Positions 9,051 to 18,832 of a stretch of DNA of 64,000 nucleotides are shown piece after piece; the first letter of the stretch is position 1, and each line of letters opens with the position of its first letter. Both the position numbers and the translations under genes were made by a program. This DNA comes from Acinetobacter phage AM24, in the sequence record KY000079.2; one strand, 5' to 3'. The notes under the pieces are model-generated. The model saw nothing but the letters and a program-made list of their open reading frames with translations, was not told where the DNA came from and made no database searches.

Positions 9051-9749
9051 TTAATTTAAATAAGTTTCAATCAGCTCTTCTGCGCCAACTACACACATAC
9101 CATAACCGAAGCAGCCACCATAGTCAATAAAAAGTTGGTTACCCCTTAAAATTTTTCTCCCTTTGGTTACAGAATGACCGTGTATCATCAAATCTACACC
9201 AGAAATTGGTTTAATTTCCTCTAAAGATTGAATTGTTGAACGTTCCCACATTAAAATATCCTGTAGTTCTCGTCCATGTACCTTGTGTTTTGCCTTGAGG
9301 TGGTAAATCCCCTCATGGTATTCATTGTAAGGGTAATCTGCATGTGTAACCACAAATCTTTTACCGTGCACATCTATCTCAATGATCAAAGGTAGCTCAG
9401 CAAAGACTTTAGCAATGTTATACATAGCTTGACCATCTAATTGGTAAAACCAAGCACCACCATTATCAATATGGCATCGTGCATAACTCTCATTGTATAA
9501 ACCCTGAATGGCTAAGTCTTCATGGTTACCCCTTACAGATTCAAACCAATCCTCTTTTAATAATTGGATAACCTCTAGGTTTTGTTCCCCACGATCCACC
9601 AAATCACCAGTACAAATTAAAAGGTCTTCTTTAAAATTAAACCCTTTTGACTTAAGAACTCCCATTAAGAGATCCAAACAACCATGAATATCCCCACAGA
9701 ACCACACTTTACCCTTGCGAGGTTTCACTACTTTAACCAAATCAACCAT
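9051..9749 (-). CDS. Ser/Thr protein phosphatase (PPP/calcineurin-like metallophosphoesterase)
   Basis: GDIHG, GDLVDRG and GNHE motifs in the canonical order and spacing of lambda-PPase-like phosphatases. Confidence 0.8.
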   Translation of the reverse strand: MVDLVKVVKPRKGKVWFCGDIHGCLDLLMGVLKSKGFNFKEDLLICTGDLVDRGEQNLEVIQLLKEDWFESVRGNHEDLAIQGLYNESYARCHIDNGGAWFYQLDGQAMYNIAKVFAELPLIIEIDVHGKRFVVTHADYPYNEYHEGIYHLKAKHKVHGRELQDILMWERSTIQSLEEIKPISGVDLMIHGHSVTKGRKILRGNQLFIDYGGCFGYGMCVVGAEELIETYLN

Positions 9750-10185
9750 TCAGGAACTCCTTATTAACTCGATCATCTTCACTCTTATGTGTAATAACTC
9801 CAACATAGTCATAAAAACCCCATTGCATCATAGTTTCAAGTTGATATTCACCAAATCCCGAATAACTATCTTCAAAAGAAACTATGGCAGAAAGTCTTTC
9901 TTTAAATTTCTTAAAATTTTCATCCCAGCCTACTTTTTGACGTATCATAACAGTCCGCGCTGAGATATACTCCATAACATCTTTATATTTATGTCTCTCC
10001 TCTTCGAAGTCTTTCATCATAGCGCACTCCACTCTTCTGTAATCATGAGAGAACATCTCAATCTCTTTGATTATAGGTTCAAGTGCCTCTTTCACCTTCT
10101 CAGCAACCCCTCGATCACTCACAATTACCACTTTTACGACATCTGGCCCACACCCTGAAAGGAAAACCTCATGTACTGCACTCAT
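9742..10185 (-). CDS. hypothetical protein
   Basis: 147 aa. Overlaps the phosphatase start. Confidence 0.4.
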   Translation of the reverse strand: MSAVHEVFLSGCGPDVVKVVIVSDRGVAEKVKEALEPIIKEIEMFSHDYRRVECAMMKDFEEERHKYKDVMEYISARTVMIRQKVGWDENFKKFKERLSAIVSFEDSYSGFGEYQLETMMQWGFYDYVGVITHKSEDDRVNKEFLNG

Positions 10186-10484
10186 TTTTCACCTCTTTTA
10201 AACTTTTTGAAGATATCTTGTTTATTTTCCAAATAGAAATATACCAAGAATATTAATAAAAATACCAGTAAAATAACTAAAAGCATTCCTCTCGTAGCAA
10301 TGATTAGACCTACAGTAGCTACTAGGAAAGCAACACCTGAGAATAAGTAGACAAATAACCTAAAAGCTTTTGTTAAAGGACCCTCTACATCCATAAACAC
10401 CTCCAAAACATAAAATTCAAGCAATAAAAAACCCTGAAGGATATCCTTCAGGGCTAATTTACCAGTTATCTTATTCAGAGTCAA
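10182..10484 (-). CDS. membrane protein
   Basis: 100 aa with two or three hydrophobic helices. Confidence 0.4.
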   Translation of the reverse strand: MTLNKITGKLALKDILQGFLLLEFYVLEVFMDVEGPLTKAFRLFVYLFSGVAFLVATVGLIIATRGMLLVILLVFLLIFLVYFYLENKQDIFKKFKRGEK

Positions 10485-10887
10485 CTGATTTTGCTTTAGA
10501 AGCTCGTTTTGGTTGAGATTTTGTAGCTACTTCTGCTGGTTTTTCTTCTACCACTTTTCGATCCACTTCTTTAGGAATCTCAGCTTGTTTTACTGGTTCT
10601 TCTTTTGGTTGTTCACCAACTTTGAATGCAGCATAAGCTAATGGAAAGTGTTTACTTACAAGATCATCTGTACCATTAACAAAAACAATGAAACGTGCAC
10701 TAGAACCTAATGCGATATTTCCCTGTGTTCTTGAAAGCACAGTTTCAGACAATTCAAATCCCCACTTGCTAAGCACAAGAAGATTCTGATTACTCTTGTG
10801 AAAAGAGTTTGAATATACACTTACTTCGATTTTACCATCTTCAAGTCGTCTAAGTTTTGGTGCAAATGTTGTATTTAATTCGGACAT
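10471..10887 (-). CDS. hypothetical protein with Lys/Glu/Pro-rich C-terminal tail
   Basis: 138 aa. The C-terminal tail is low-complexity and basic-acidic. Confidence 0.4.
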   Translation of the reverse strand: MSELNTTFAPKLRRLEDGKIEVSVYSNSFHKSNQNLLVLSKWGFELSETVLSRTQGNIALGSSARFIVFVNGTDDLVSKHFPLAYAAFKVGEQPKEEPVKQAEIPKEVDRKVVEEKPAEVATKSQPKRASKAKSVDSE

Positions 10888-10897
10888 TAAGAACTCC

Positions 10898-11080
10898 TTA
10901 ACCTTCTAATCCTTCACGTTTATTACTTCGCTTACTTTTTCGATCTAAAGTACGGGCTTTATCATTAAGTTTACGCTGAAGTTTATCACTAATACCATAA
11001 CCCTCAGACATCTCAACACCAATACCATAACCATCTTTATAAGCTTTGCGTTTAGCCACGAATACACTCCTATGTGACAA
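10898..11080 (-). CDS. small basic protein
   Basis: 60 aa, rich in K and R. Confidence 0.35.
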   Translation of the reverse strand: MSHRSVFVAKRKAYKDGYGIGVEMSEGYGISDKLQRKLNDKARTLDRKSKRSNKREGLEG

Positions 11081-11136
11081 ATAAGTTACTTTACTACTTA
11101 AATAAGTTTACCACGTTTTAACAATGTGTCAACTAT

Positions 11137-11373
11137 TTATTCCTCTCCATCATCTCCACCGTATCCAAATCTTGAATTAAAGAAACATTCTACAAGTGTG
11201 CAGATGATGTTGTAGATGATAATTGAGAGGATTCCCACTGTCAAGATACTTTGATCAAATCCCCACCCAACAAAATCCAAGGCAAAGAGTAAGCACTTAG
11301 TTATAACAGCAGATAAAAATATAATACAAAAGTTTAAAACCAAATAGAGTAGTTGCAAACTAGACTCACTCAT
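11137..11373 (-). CDS. small membrane protein
   Basis: 78 aa with two TM-like segments. Confidence 0.35.
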   Translation of the reverse strand: MSESSLQLLYLVLNFCIIFLSAVITKCLLFALDFVGWGFDQSILTVGILSIIIYNIICTLVECFFNSRFGYGGDDGEE

Positions 11374-11396
11374 AACACCTCCTTGTGAGGATAACC

Positions 11397-11633
11397 TCAG
11401 ATCTCTTCCAAGTCATCATAGCCTGTTAGGAGTTTCGCAGATGGCATTTCTTCCACAGATAACTCCCCACATTTTGAACATTCCAAGGTTATTACAGGCA
11501 TCTCTATCCCAAATAACTCATTGAATTCCTTACCACTTTCCTTAAAAATCAAAACACCAGAACCCTTACATGACCCATTGGTGTGTTTTACAGGTTTATC
11601 TTTCATAAACACCATCCATGAAAAAGAGGGCAC
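11397..11633 (-). CDS. hypothetical protein with CxxC motif
   Basis: 78 aa. Contains CSKCGE and an acidic C-terminus. Confidence 0.35.
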   Translation of the reverse strand: MPSFSWMVFMKDKPVKHTNGSCKGSGVLIFKESGKEFNELFGIEMPVITLECSKCGELSVEEMPSAKLLTGYDDLEEI

Positions 11634-11650
11634 TAAGCCCCCATTTTTAA

Positions 11651-12088
11651 TTAAATATCATACCGAACTCTAATTATCTCACGCTTATCAAGATCTGTCA
11701 AGATACCATAAGCATAACAATTGTTCTGTATGTAATTGTCAACAGTTTGGATATTGAAGGATACCCACCTTGGTGATTTTCCTTCACTGATTGTACACAA
11801 TAAGCAACTACCCTTCCGTATGTGTAGAACAGTCAACATTCCTTCAATACTAACCATCCAATGTGTAGCAGATTCTAAGTGCTCTTTACGACCTACAAAT
11901 GTTCTAACAACAGATGAATGGACGCTTTTCATCTGAATTGCACCTAGAAAGCTGTTATGCATGGCCAGTCTAGGTTTTCCCCACTGGTATTGCCCATTGT
12001 TATAACTAGTTACACCAATTAAAGCCATCATCCACCCCAAATTGCTATACAAACCATAAGGACAGTATAGCAAATAATGCCTGTACAA
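11651..12088 (-). CDS. hypothetical protein
   Basis: 145-aa track ORF. Confidence 0.35.
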   Translation of the reverse strand: MYRHYLLYCPYGLYSNLGWMMALIGVTSYNNGQYQWGKPRLAMHNSFLGAIQMKSVHSSVVRTFVGRKEHLESATHWMVSIEGMLTVLHIRKGSCLLCTISEGKSPRWVSFNIQTVDNYIQNNCYAYGILTDLDKREIIRVRYDI

Positions 12089-12477
12089 ATAACAAGAGCA
12101 GTGTATTTATTCAAAATAAAAACTCCCACATTAGTTGAAATAGTTTAAACCCAATAAAGGCAAACCCTCCCATAATAACCGATATTACAAGCATACCTAT
12201 AATCATCACAACTATTTTCCAGTTCATGTTAATCCTCTTTAGTTGTACCTACATTCTTACCACATAAGAATGCATAAAGCATGACAGGTGCCCAGAAGAA
12301 CATAACAAATATGATTGTCAGTGATAAGGCAAATGAATTAACAGCTTGTTTTTTTCTGTGCTCGATCCAACTTAATCATAACTGCCAGCTTACCAGCATT
12401 AAAGCAACCATACATCAGATATAAAGAAACTAAAAAGCTTAATGTGTCAGAATTGATCATCAATTATCTCCAAAAGA

Positions 12478-12774
12478 TTAATGTTTATGTATGAAGTTTA
12501 AATCACCTAGATTTTTAATGCAAGCATCAATTGTAGCTTGTACACGCTTGTCTAAGGCTTCTAAATCATTTAAGTCACTAGATATTACCTCCATGAACTT
12601 AACACGCTCTAAACAAGCCTTAACAGTCGAGAAATAACCTATAGGTGTTCTACGTATTTCACCCTCTTGCTTGCCACTTTTGGCAATACTCAAGCTATAC
12701 AAGATGAAATTCATATCATCTGAACCTAAAGCATACCCAACCTCATCCTTAGTTGGTTCTTTTAAAATTTTCAC
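12478..12774 (-). CDS. hypothetical protein
   Basis: 98-aa track ORF. Confidence 0.35.
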   Translation of the reverse strand: MKILKEPTKDEVGYALGSDDMNFILYSLSIAKSGKQEGEIRRTPIGYFSTVKACLERVKFMEVISSDLNDLEALDKRVQATIDACIKNLGDLNFIHKH

Positions 12775-12811
12775 GCATCAATCTCCTTTTCAACCACTTT
12801 TCAATCTCGGA

Positions 12812-13102
12812 CTAGCCACACAACTTCTCCCAACAAGAATCAAACCACTCAGACTTAGCTACAAAATAACCCTTTCCATCATACATTATAAAGTCACCCA
12901 TATTAGCAACCTGTAATCCATACTCTGGGTCAGTGAATTCAAACTCACGTATATCACATGTGGTTATTGCAGAAGGTTTATAGACACCACCAACTTCCAT
13001 CCAACGTGTTAAAGTAGAAATGTCGGTTGAGGAACCACCAAACATTACCGCAATAACAACCTTACCACTTACTTTGTTCTTACAACGCTTGGCAGTTCTC
13101 AT
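12812..13102 (-). CDS. hypothetical protein
   Basis: 96-aa track ORF. Confidence 0.35.
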   Translation of the reverse strand: MRTAKRCKNKVSGKVVIAVMFGGSSTDISTLTRWMEVGGVYKPSAITTCDIREFEFTDPEYGLQVANMGDFIMYDGKGYFVAKSEWFDSCWEKLCG

Positions 13103-13104
13103 AA

Positions 13105-13383
13105 TTAAGCTCCAGATACTTGGTTTTCAGTGCACCACTCTTTCATGTCAGTTTTGGTAATAGTTGCACTATCCACATCGATTGTAATCAGATCATAACC
13201 TTCAGGCTCATTTCTGGTGTATTGTTCTTTGTAAACACCATCACGGAATAATCGATTTAACTGTAGGGCATTTTTCAGTGCACCCAAAGAGGTCCAACAT
13301 TTACCATTTTTTGTCACAGCCATACCAGCAGCTAGGTACTTACCGTTCTTTTTACCACGAATCATGTAAAGTTTCATAGTCAC
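13105..13383 (-). CDS. hypothetical protein
   Basis: 92-aa track ORF, 2 nt from its neighbour. Confidence 0.35.
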   Translation of the reverse strand: MTMKLYMIRGKKNGKYLAAGMAVTKNGKCWTSLGALKNALQLNRLFRDGVYKEQYTRNEPEGYDLITIDVDSATITKTDMKEWCTENQVSGA

Positions 13384-13389
13384 TCCAAA

Positions 13390-13812
13390 TTACTTAGCAT
13401 GTTTATCAAGGAACTTTTTACCAATCTCTTCAAAGCTTTTCAAACTATCTATGAAGTGCTCTTTTCTCTTTTCAACCAGTTTGTGGCATAAGAGTTTAAA
13501 AGCTTCTTGGCTTTCTTCAAGAGTCTCTGTGATTACATAATAATCACCCCAGTGACCTGTACTTTTTAACTGGCTCCACACAGGTTCATATGGATCATAT
13601 ACTGTTGGTTTATTTATGCAAGTCGCTTTGTTTGCTTTACTAGTGTCCCACTGCAAACCACAAATAAACTTACCTTCCTTAACTAATCGATCCGCTTCCT
13701 TTACTGCATAATCATCTGTAAAATCAATTCGAAACTGGTCAACTTCAGTCAAGAATTCACCATTTTTATAAACTAGTTGAGTCATCGGTATCTCCTTCAG
13801 GTTTACCTTCAT
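13390..13812 (-). CDS. hypothetical protein
   Basis: 140-aa track ORF. Confidence 0.4.
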   Translation of the reverse strand: MKVNLKEIPMTQLVYKNGEFLTEVDQFRIDFTDDYAVKEADRLVKEGKFICGLQWDTSKANKATCINKPTVYDPYEPVWSQLKSTGHWGDYYVITETLEESQEAFKLLCHKLVEKRKEHFIDSLKSFEEIGKKFLDKHAK

Positions 13813-13951
13813 TGTCTAAGATTTCAAGGGAAATCTCTTTACTTCCCTTTGAGTAACCAAGCTTATCATCTTTCTTTCTATCTTTAAATACTTTTGGCGA
13901 ATTATATTTCGACATATTTTTAGCCACGTAATTTCTTGAACCTTTAGCCAT
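13766..13951 (-). CDS. small basic protein
   Basis: 61 aa. Its start abuts the stop of the upstream ORF and it overlaps the next gene in another frame. Confidence 0.3.
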   Translation of the reverse strand: MAKGSRNYVAKNMSKYNSPKVFKDRKKDDKLGYSKGSKEISLEILDNEGKPEGDTDDSTSL

Positions 13952-14163
13952 TAGATTAAGTGCTCAAATCTAAAGTATTCATAAACCTTTTCACCATTTA
14001 GTGTAACTTCACCAACACTACCAACAATTTCAATCTGAAGGACATCATCACCTTTATTCAAGGTGTGCACCTCCATCTTACCACAACGTACAGACTGGAT
14101 GTTGTCTGCACTTTTAAACTCATCAATCAAACCGAAAAGTTTATATTCATCATAAGTTTGCAT
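13951..14163 (-). CDS. hypothetical protein
   Basis: 70-aa track ORF. Confidence 0.35.
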   Translation of the reverse strand: MQTYDEYKLFGLIDEFKSADNIQSVRCGKMEVHTLNKGDDVLQIEIVGSVGEVTLNGEKVYEYFRFEHLI

Positions 14164-14295
14164 AGATAACTACCACCTCTAAAATTATAAAAATACACAT
14201 AACATATAAAAACTGCTTAAAATTACGACTAACAGAGATAGCCATACCAATAAAACAGAAGTTAAGCATTAATAATATGAAAAAACCTAAAAGTG

Positions 14296-14832
14296 TCATT
14301 TCTTGTATTCCTCTATAGCTTCTTGGAGTGTAGGGTACACAATATAGTGAATGTATTGTGAGAAACTTCTAAAATCGTTATACCACTCTTGGAAGGCTTC
14401 TTCATCGTAGTTAAACCATTTATCAAGAACTCGTTTAGCTTCTAAACTAACATAAACACTTGAAGATACACCAGATGTGTCAAGTAATTCCAACACCTTC
14501 ATGTCTTTCTGGTATTTGACACGTTTAGCTTTAGCATACTGTCTAAACCAAGATTGCTTTCCAATGTAAATATTGTTTCGTTTTAAGGTCTTCCTACCCC
14601 ACTCAATACCCAAGAAGCTGTATTGGTAAACAGGATATTCTTCATATGACAACTTTTCCATCACCTGAAAGAATTTTTCACGATCCTCAAGGTACTTCTT
14701 GAGGTTTTTTATCGCTTCTTTCTGCATATAGCTAACACTAGTGCTTGTCAAATTGACAAACCCTACAGGATTAAATTCAGACATCCAAACTCTCCACTCA
14801 CTTAAAGTTACACCTAATCTCTGTCTAACCAA
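14296..14832 (-). CDS. hypothetical protein
   Basis: 178 aa. Overlaps the NTPase gene. Confidence 0.4.
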   Translation of the reverse strand: MVRQRLGVTLSEWRVWMSEFNPVGFVNLTSTSVSYMQKEAIKNLKKYLEDREKFFQVMEKLSYEEYPVYQYSFLGIEWGRKTLKRNNIYIGKQSWFRQYAKAKRVKYQKDMKVLELLDTSGVSSSVYVSLEAKRVLDKWFNYDEEAFQEWYNDFRSFSQYIHYIVYPTLQEAIEEYKK

Positions 14833-16040
14833 TCTTTAAACAAACTATACATACGTTTTGATGCTATTGCAAGCACAATTTTCTCACCTTTACGGATACG
14901 TGAACGCCAAACCCACTGAAGCATCTCCGACAATGCAAAAACCTCACGGGAAATCGGATAGCCATAATCTTGAAGATAAGACTCAACACTAACAATAGGG
15001 TAACGATCATAGCAGTGCACTAAAACTGACTTGTCAGCATAATCGTTGGTCGCTCTTGTCTGCACTGGTAACCAACAATAACTCCAAGAGCCATCTTGAT
15101 TTCTTTTACGGTAATAACCTTTTGGTTTAACTAAGTTTTTACTTCCAATATGTCTTTCTTTTGGTATTGTGTACATTAAATCATCTGGTGTGGCTTTATA
15201 CTTCATGGCAACACTTCTAATGTATTTACCAACCACATCAAGTTGAGCCTGACTAGCTCTTTTGTACCAACTACTTGATAAACCAGTAGAAATTGACAAG
15301 TCAACCTTCGGCTCAACCAATTCAATCAAATCTCGAATGGAATCTTTAGAGACATTAACAACTTGGACTTCCTCAAATGGCTTCGACTCAACACCTTTTA
15401 GCTTTAAAAATCGATCTAAAATATTCCCTTCAAACATGTATGTGAGAATAACCACTCTTTTAGCCACAGTCATTAACCGAATAGGCAGTTGAGTGACCAT
15501 CATAACGTTACTTCTCTTAGCAACATACAAACATTGACTATCACAGTATTGCTTGAGCATGTAGTACTTATGGGCTTTCCCTACAGGTTGATCGCACACC
15601 CAAGACAGCATACCATCGTGTGGATCAACTGAAACCTTGTCGTTTGAATACAACCACATGTAGTCATCTACAGAATACTTGTCAAACCCCTCAATGACAT
15701 TGATTTCCTCATCGATTACCACCGTATACCCATGATATTCAACAAGGTCCAAGTGCTCATTTGTCAGAGACATGTATAGACTATGTGTGCAAGCAATATT
15801 CTCACCATTACTCAAGAGTTCCAGCAAGTGGTCAGACTTGGTGTCATGATCTTCAGTAGTAGGATAAGCAAACGAAATACGGCTAACCGCTTGGGATAAC
15901 CTACCACCATCACCTACCTCAGAAAGAAGAGGAGAAACATAAATATACTTCTCCTCATGGTGCTCCTCCATCCACTTAATGATTCCTTGGGTTTTACCGC
16001 TACCCATTATGGCATCTAAAACCTCAATTACCTCAGCCAT
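14814..16040 (-). CDS. P-loop NTPase of unknown function
   Basis: 408 aa. N-terminal Walker A (MGSGKT) and a Walker-B-like VVIDEE. No helicase motifs identified beyond these. Confidence 0.5.
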   Translation of the reverse strand: MAEVIEVLDAIMGSGKTQGIIKWMEEHHEEKYIYVSPLLSEVGDGGRLSQAVSRISFAYPTTEDHDTKSDHLLELLSNGENIACTHSLYMSLTNEHLDLVEYHGYTVVIDEEINVIEGFDKYSVDDYMWLYSNDKVSVDPHDGMLSWVCDQPVGKAHKYYMLKQYCDSQCLYVAKRSNVMMVTQLPIRLMTVAKRVVILTYMFEGNILDRFLKLKGVESKPFEEVQVVNVSKDSIRDLIELVEPKVDLSISTGLSSSWYKRASQAQLDVVGKYIRSVAMKYKATPDDLMYTIPKERHIGSKNLVKPKGYYRKRNQDGSWSYCWLPVQTRATNDYADKSVLVHCYDRYPIVSVESYLQDYGYPISREVFALSEMLQWVWRSRIRKGEKIVLAIASKRMYSLFKDWLDRD

Positions 16041-16274
16041 TTAATCTCCAAAATATTCACGTAGTGTATCTATCCAATACTGATTATACTTCAAGTCATA
16101 TTCTATTTCTGCAACCTCACGAGCAGTAAACCACCATACACCATTCTCATTACATGTGTTTTCTACAACAAAATCACCATCCGAGTTTTTATAACAAATA
16201 AAAATTAAATTTAAACCTTCGTGATAAAATGCATGTTTCTTAACTACTTCCATCACATGTCCTCCACTTTGCAA
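16041..16274 (-). CDS. hypothetical protein
   Basis: 77 aa. Its stop abuts the start of the NTPase gene. Confidence 0.35.
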   Translation of the reverse strand: MQSGGHVMEVVKKHAFYHEGLNLIFICYKNSDGDFVVENTCNENGVWWFTAREVAEIEYDLKYNQYWIDTLREYFGD

Positions 16275-16534
16275 TTCGGCGAAATGTGGTTTTCTAGTTT
16301 GTCTAGGGTTTCCAATTCCCTCGAATTCGAGGGTTTATCAATGCAGCCAATGCTGTTTTCTGTGTGGGCATCATCACTTATCAACTCTAGAAAATTCTCA
16401 TGAAGTACCTTTGCAAACTCTGGATACAGTTCTTGTAGGCTCCCAACTGGCTTGGGTAAAGTTGGCATATCAATATCGTTAAACTCACTCATGGCTTGCT
16501 CCCCACATAAACTGGCACTTGTTGAAAATCGCAC
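16253..16534 (-). CDS. hypothetical acidic protein
   Basis: 93-aa track ORF. Confidence 0.35.
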   Translation of the reverse strand: MRFSTSASLCGEQAMSEFNDIDMPTLPKPVGSLQELYPEFAKVLHENFLELISDDAHTENSIGCIDKPSNSRELETLDKLENHISPNCKVEDM

Positions 16535-16719
16535 CGCACATCTGTTCGATCTGTTTCGTGGCGTAGTTTTTGCTTTTCACAAATTGACTGAGTTGCATAT
16601 TGAAGCTGATATGTTGACTCGGTGGCACTACCAACCATCTGATGTTGGGTCACAGTGAGAACCCATACGGTAATAAACTTAATCATCCACACCTCCGTAT
16701 ATTGATTCGTATGCTGCAA
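16489..16719 (-). CDS. hypothetical protein
   Basis: 76 aa. Overlaps both neighbours by about 40 nt, so it is doubtful. Confidence 0.25.
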   Translation of the reverse strand: MQHTNQYTEVWMIKFITVWVLTVTQHQMVGSATESTYQLQYATQSICEKQKLRHETDRTDVRCDFQQVPVYVGSKP

Positions 16720-16996
16720 TTGCAGCTAGCAATGGCTGGTTATATACAAAACAATCTTTATGAGCTTCTGAACGTGCTGCTTTTAATCCACCTAAGCTAT
16801 TTACTAAATCAACCGACTCCACCAGACGCTTAACCACATCACGCTCAAATACACGATCGCCATGGTGAGGCTTGATTTCATCTGTAAAATCAATTTCACC
16901 TTCATGAACCACCAAATACTTAGCAGTGTTGACAAATGACATTGATATTCTGAAAGTGTTAGGCCCATACTCACGAATAAACTGTTCTGGTTTCAT
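16679..16996 (-). CDS. hypothetical protein
   Basis: 105-aa track ORF. Confidence 0.35.
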   Translation of the reverse strand: MKPEQFIREYGPNTFRISMSFVNTAKYLVVHEGEIDFTDEIKPHHGDRVFERDVVKRLVESVDLVNSLGGLKAARSEAHKDCFVYNQPLLAAIAAYESIYGGVDD

Positions 16997-17092
16997 TTAG
17001 GAACTCCTTTACTGATCATTGGACAGTATATCGCATGTTCTTTAATACTTCTACCACAAAATTGACATTTTACCATATTAGTTCTCCATGCA

Positions 17093-17293
17093 CTACCCCT
17101 CAAAGATATTGTTGTCTAGGATTTCTGAAATGACCTCATTGATTTCGTTTTCAGTTTCCTCAATCATGGTGTCATAGCTTTTTTTATCCGCAAAGACTGC
17201 CCTCTCAGTCTTCAACTTCTCAAGACGAATATGAAGAGAATGTAACTGAGTGTGAAGCCTTGCGAGATTACCTGTGGTTTCTAAGTCAAACAT
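17093..17293 (-). CDS. hypothetical protein
   Basis: 66 aa, predicted helical. Confidence 0.3.
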   Translation of the reverse strand: MFDLETTGNLARLHTQLHSLHIRLEKLKTERAVFADKKSYDTMIEETENEINEVISEILDNNIFEG

Positions 17294-17303
17294 GGTTATT
17301 CTC

Positions 17304-17534
17304 CTAAATAAAAGTCAAAGCACAGATACCTACAGCATATTCCATAGGAATGCTTTTTTCAGAACTAATTCGAAGCTCTGCATCACAGAGACATTGATAC
17401 CTTTCCTCAAAGTATAACTCACCCCAACGCACACTCCCATCATTAAACAACACCATAACCTCATGACCACTTAAGTAGCCAAGAGCCTTAAGGTTTTCTT
17501 TGCTGTTGTTATTGTTAATGTTTTGAAAAATCAT
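17304..17534 (-). CDS. hypothetical protein
   Basis: 76-aa track ORF. Confidence 0.3.
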   Translation of the reverse strand: MIFQNINNNNSKENLKALGYLSGHEVMVLFNDGSVRWGELYFEERYQCLCDAELRISSEKSIPMEYAVGICALTFI

Positions 17535-17842
17535 TCTTCATCCTCCATTAAATTGTAGGCAGAAATTAGGCTGGTTATCAACTGATCCAACTCACTCTTC
17601 GATAAAATTCCAACTTTTTGACATGAAACTTCATCAAGCATATTTCTTCTTGTATCATAGAAGTCAATACTATTATCTTCTTGCACACTAATTAACTCTT
17701 GCTCACACAGGAAGTTTGGTTTTAAGTCGTCACTTATAACAATTCTCAAACCATTAGCATCACCATCACTATCAAGAAAAGTGTAGACAAACACCCCTTT
17801 CTCTTTACCGATACCTCTTTTATCATTGGTAGTTATTTTCAT
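17531..17842 (-). CDS. hypothetical protein
   Basis: 103 aa with ATGA stop/start overlap. Confidence 0.35.
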   Translation of the reverse strand: MKITTNDKRGIGKEKGVFVYTFLDSDGDANGLRIVISDDLKPNFLCEQELISVQEDNSIDFYDTRRNMLDEVSCQKVGILSKSELDQLITSLISAYNLMEDEE

Positions 17843-18114
17843 AGCGATCTCTGACTCCCTAAATAACTCTCTAAAATAACATCATATAAATCATCTTGGT
17901 TATTTATGTAGTAGCTATTGTAAGGGCTTAGCACCAAGATTTCATATGGTCTATACGCCCTACCTTCTTCATTGACTATTGTGGATTTTTCACTGTTGTA
18001 ATACTCACTATTAAGTTTCAGCTTACCAACTAAAATCCTACCACAATCTCTAGGTATAAACTGGACTAGATCACCATCTCGGTATGAACTCACCCATTTT
18101 CCATAAATGATCAT
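17839..18114 (-). CDS. hypothetical protein
   Basis: 91 aa with ATGA overlap. Confidence 0.35.
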   Translation of the reverse strand: MIIYGKWVSSYRDGDLVQFIPRDCGRILVGKLKLNSEYYNSEKSTIVNEEGRAYRPYEILVLSPYNSYYINNQDDLYDVILESYLGSQRSL

Positions 18115-18362
18115 TCCTCATCCCCCACAGAAACCAACCAAGATATATGAGTTTTCCCAGTAAGTACAACTGCTGCATAACCAGACTTTCTTAACTCCTC
18201 CAAGGTTCTTTTTGTAACTTTTTTGTCAAGCAATACACTGAATGCACCCGAACTTGCTGCATTCTTAATATTTTTATAGCACTCTTCAAGATCTGCTTCT
18301 GTGTTACGCTCATCAAAACTATCAGCCATCTTTCTAGCTTCTTTTGCAGTTATCTTTTCCAT
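18111..18362 (-). CDS. hypothetical protein (first gene of the minus-strand block)
   Basis: 83 aa, followed upstream by a 470-bp intergenic region. Confidence 0.35.
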   Translation of the reverse strand: MEKITAKEARKMADSFDERNTEADLEECYKNIKNAASSGAFSVLLDKKVTKRTLEELRKSGYAAVVLTGKTHISWLVSVGDEE

Positions 18363-18721
18363 TTCTACCTCCTAAAATTTTGTTTATTTTAGCACTAAAA
18401 ATCACCAAATACAAGCACCATAAAAATCACCTTTGGAAACCGCACTTCCAGAAATTAAAAAACATCAAAAAATTTAACTTAAAAAACAAGAACTTGTAGC
18501 ACTAAAATTTATCGTCCCTTGAGAAAAGAAACATCGAAAAGGATACCTTAAAAAGAAAATAAAAGAGCACATAAAAACTTACCTAAAAGGATAACCTAAA
18601 GGTTAAATTTGGTGGGTGGGTAATTTTTAAAACAAACAACCCAAACAAAGGAAAAACCTAAAGGTTAAAACTTAAGAAGATCCTTAGAGGATAACCTAAA
18701 GGTACACCTTAAAGAAACAAC

Positions 18722-18750
18722 TTGACAAAGAGATAAACTGTGCTATTGTA
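18722..18750 (+). promoter_or_regulatory. sigma70-like promoter for the late rightward operon
   Basis: TTGACA at 18722-18727, a 16-17-nt spacer, then TATTGT or ATTGTA. It lies about 80 nt upstream of the gene at 18833. Confidence 0.3.
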
Positions 18751-18832
18751 ATTAGTATAGGATAACCATAATTAATAACCATATTGATCACTAGGATGTG
18801 ATTGTCCCAATAACTTACAAGGAAGGTTTCAT

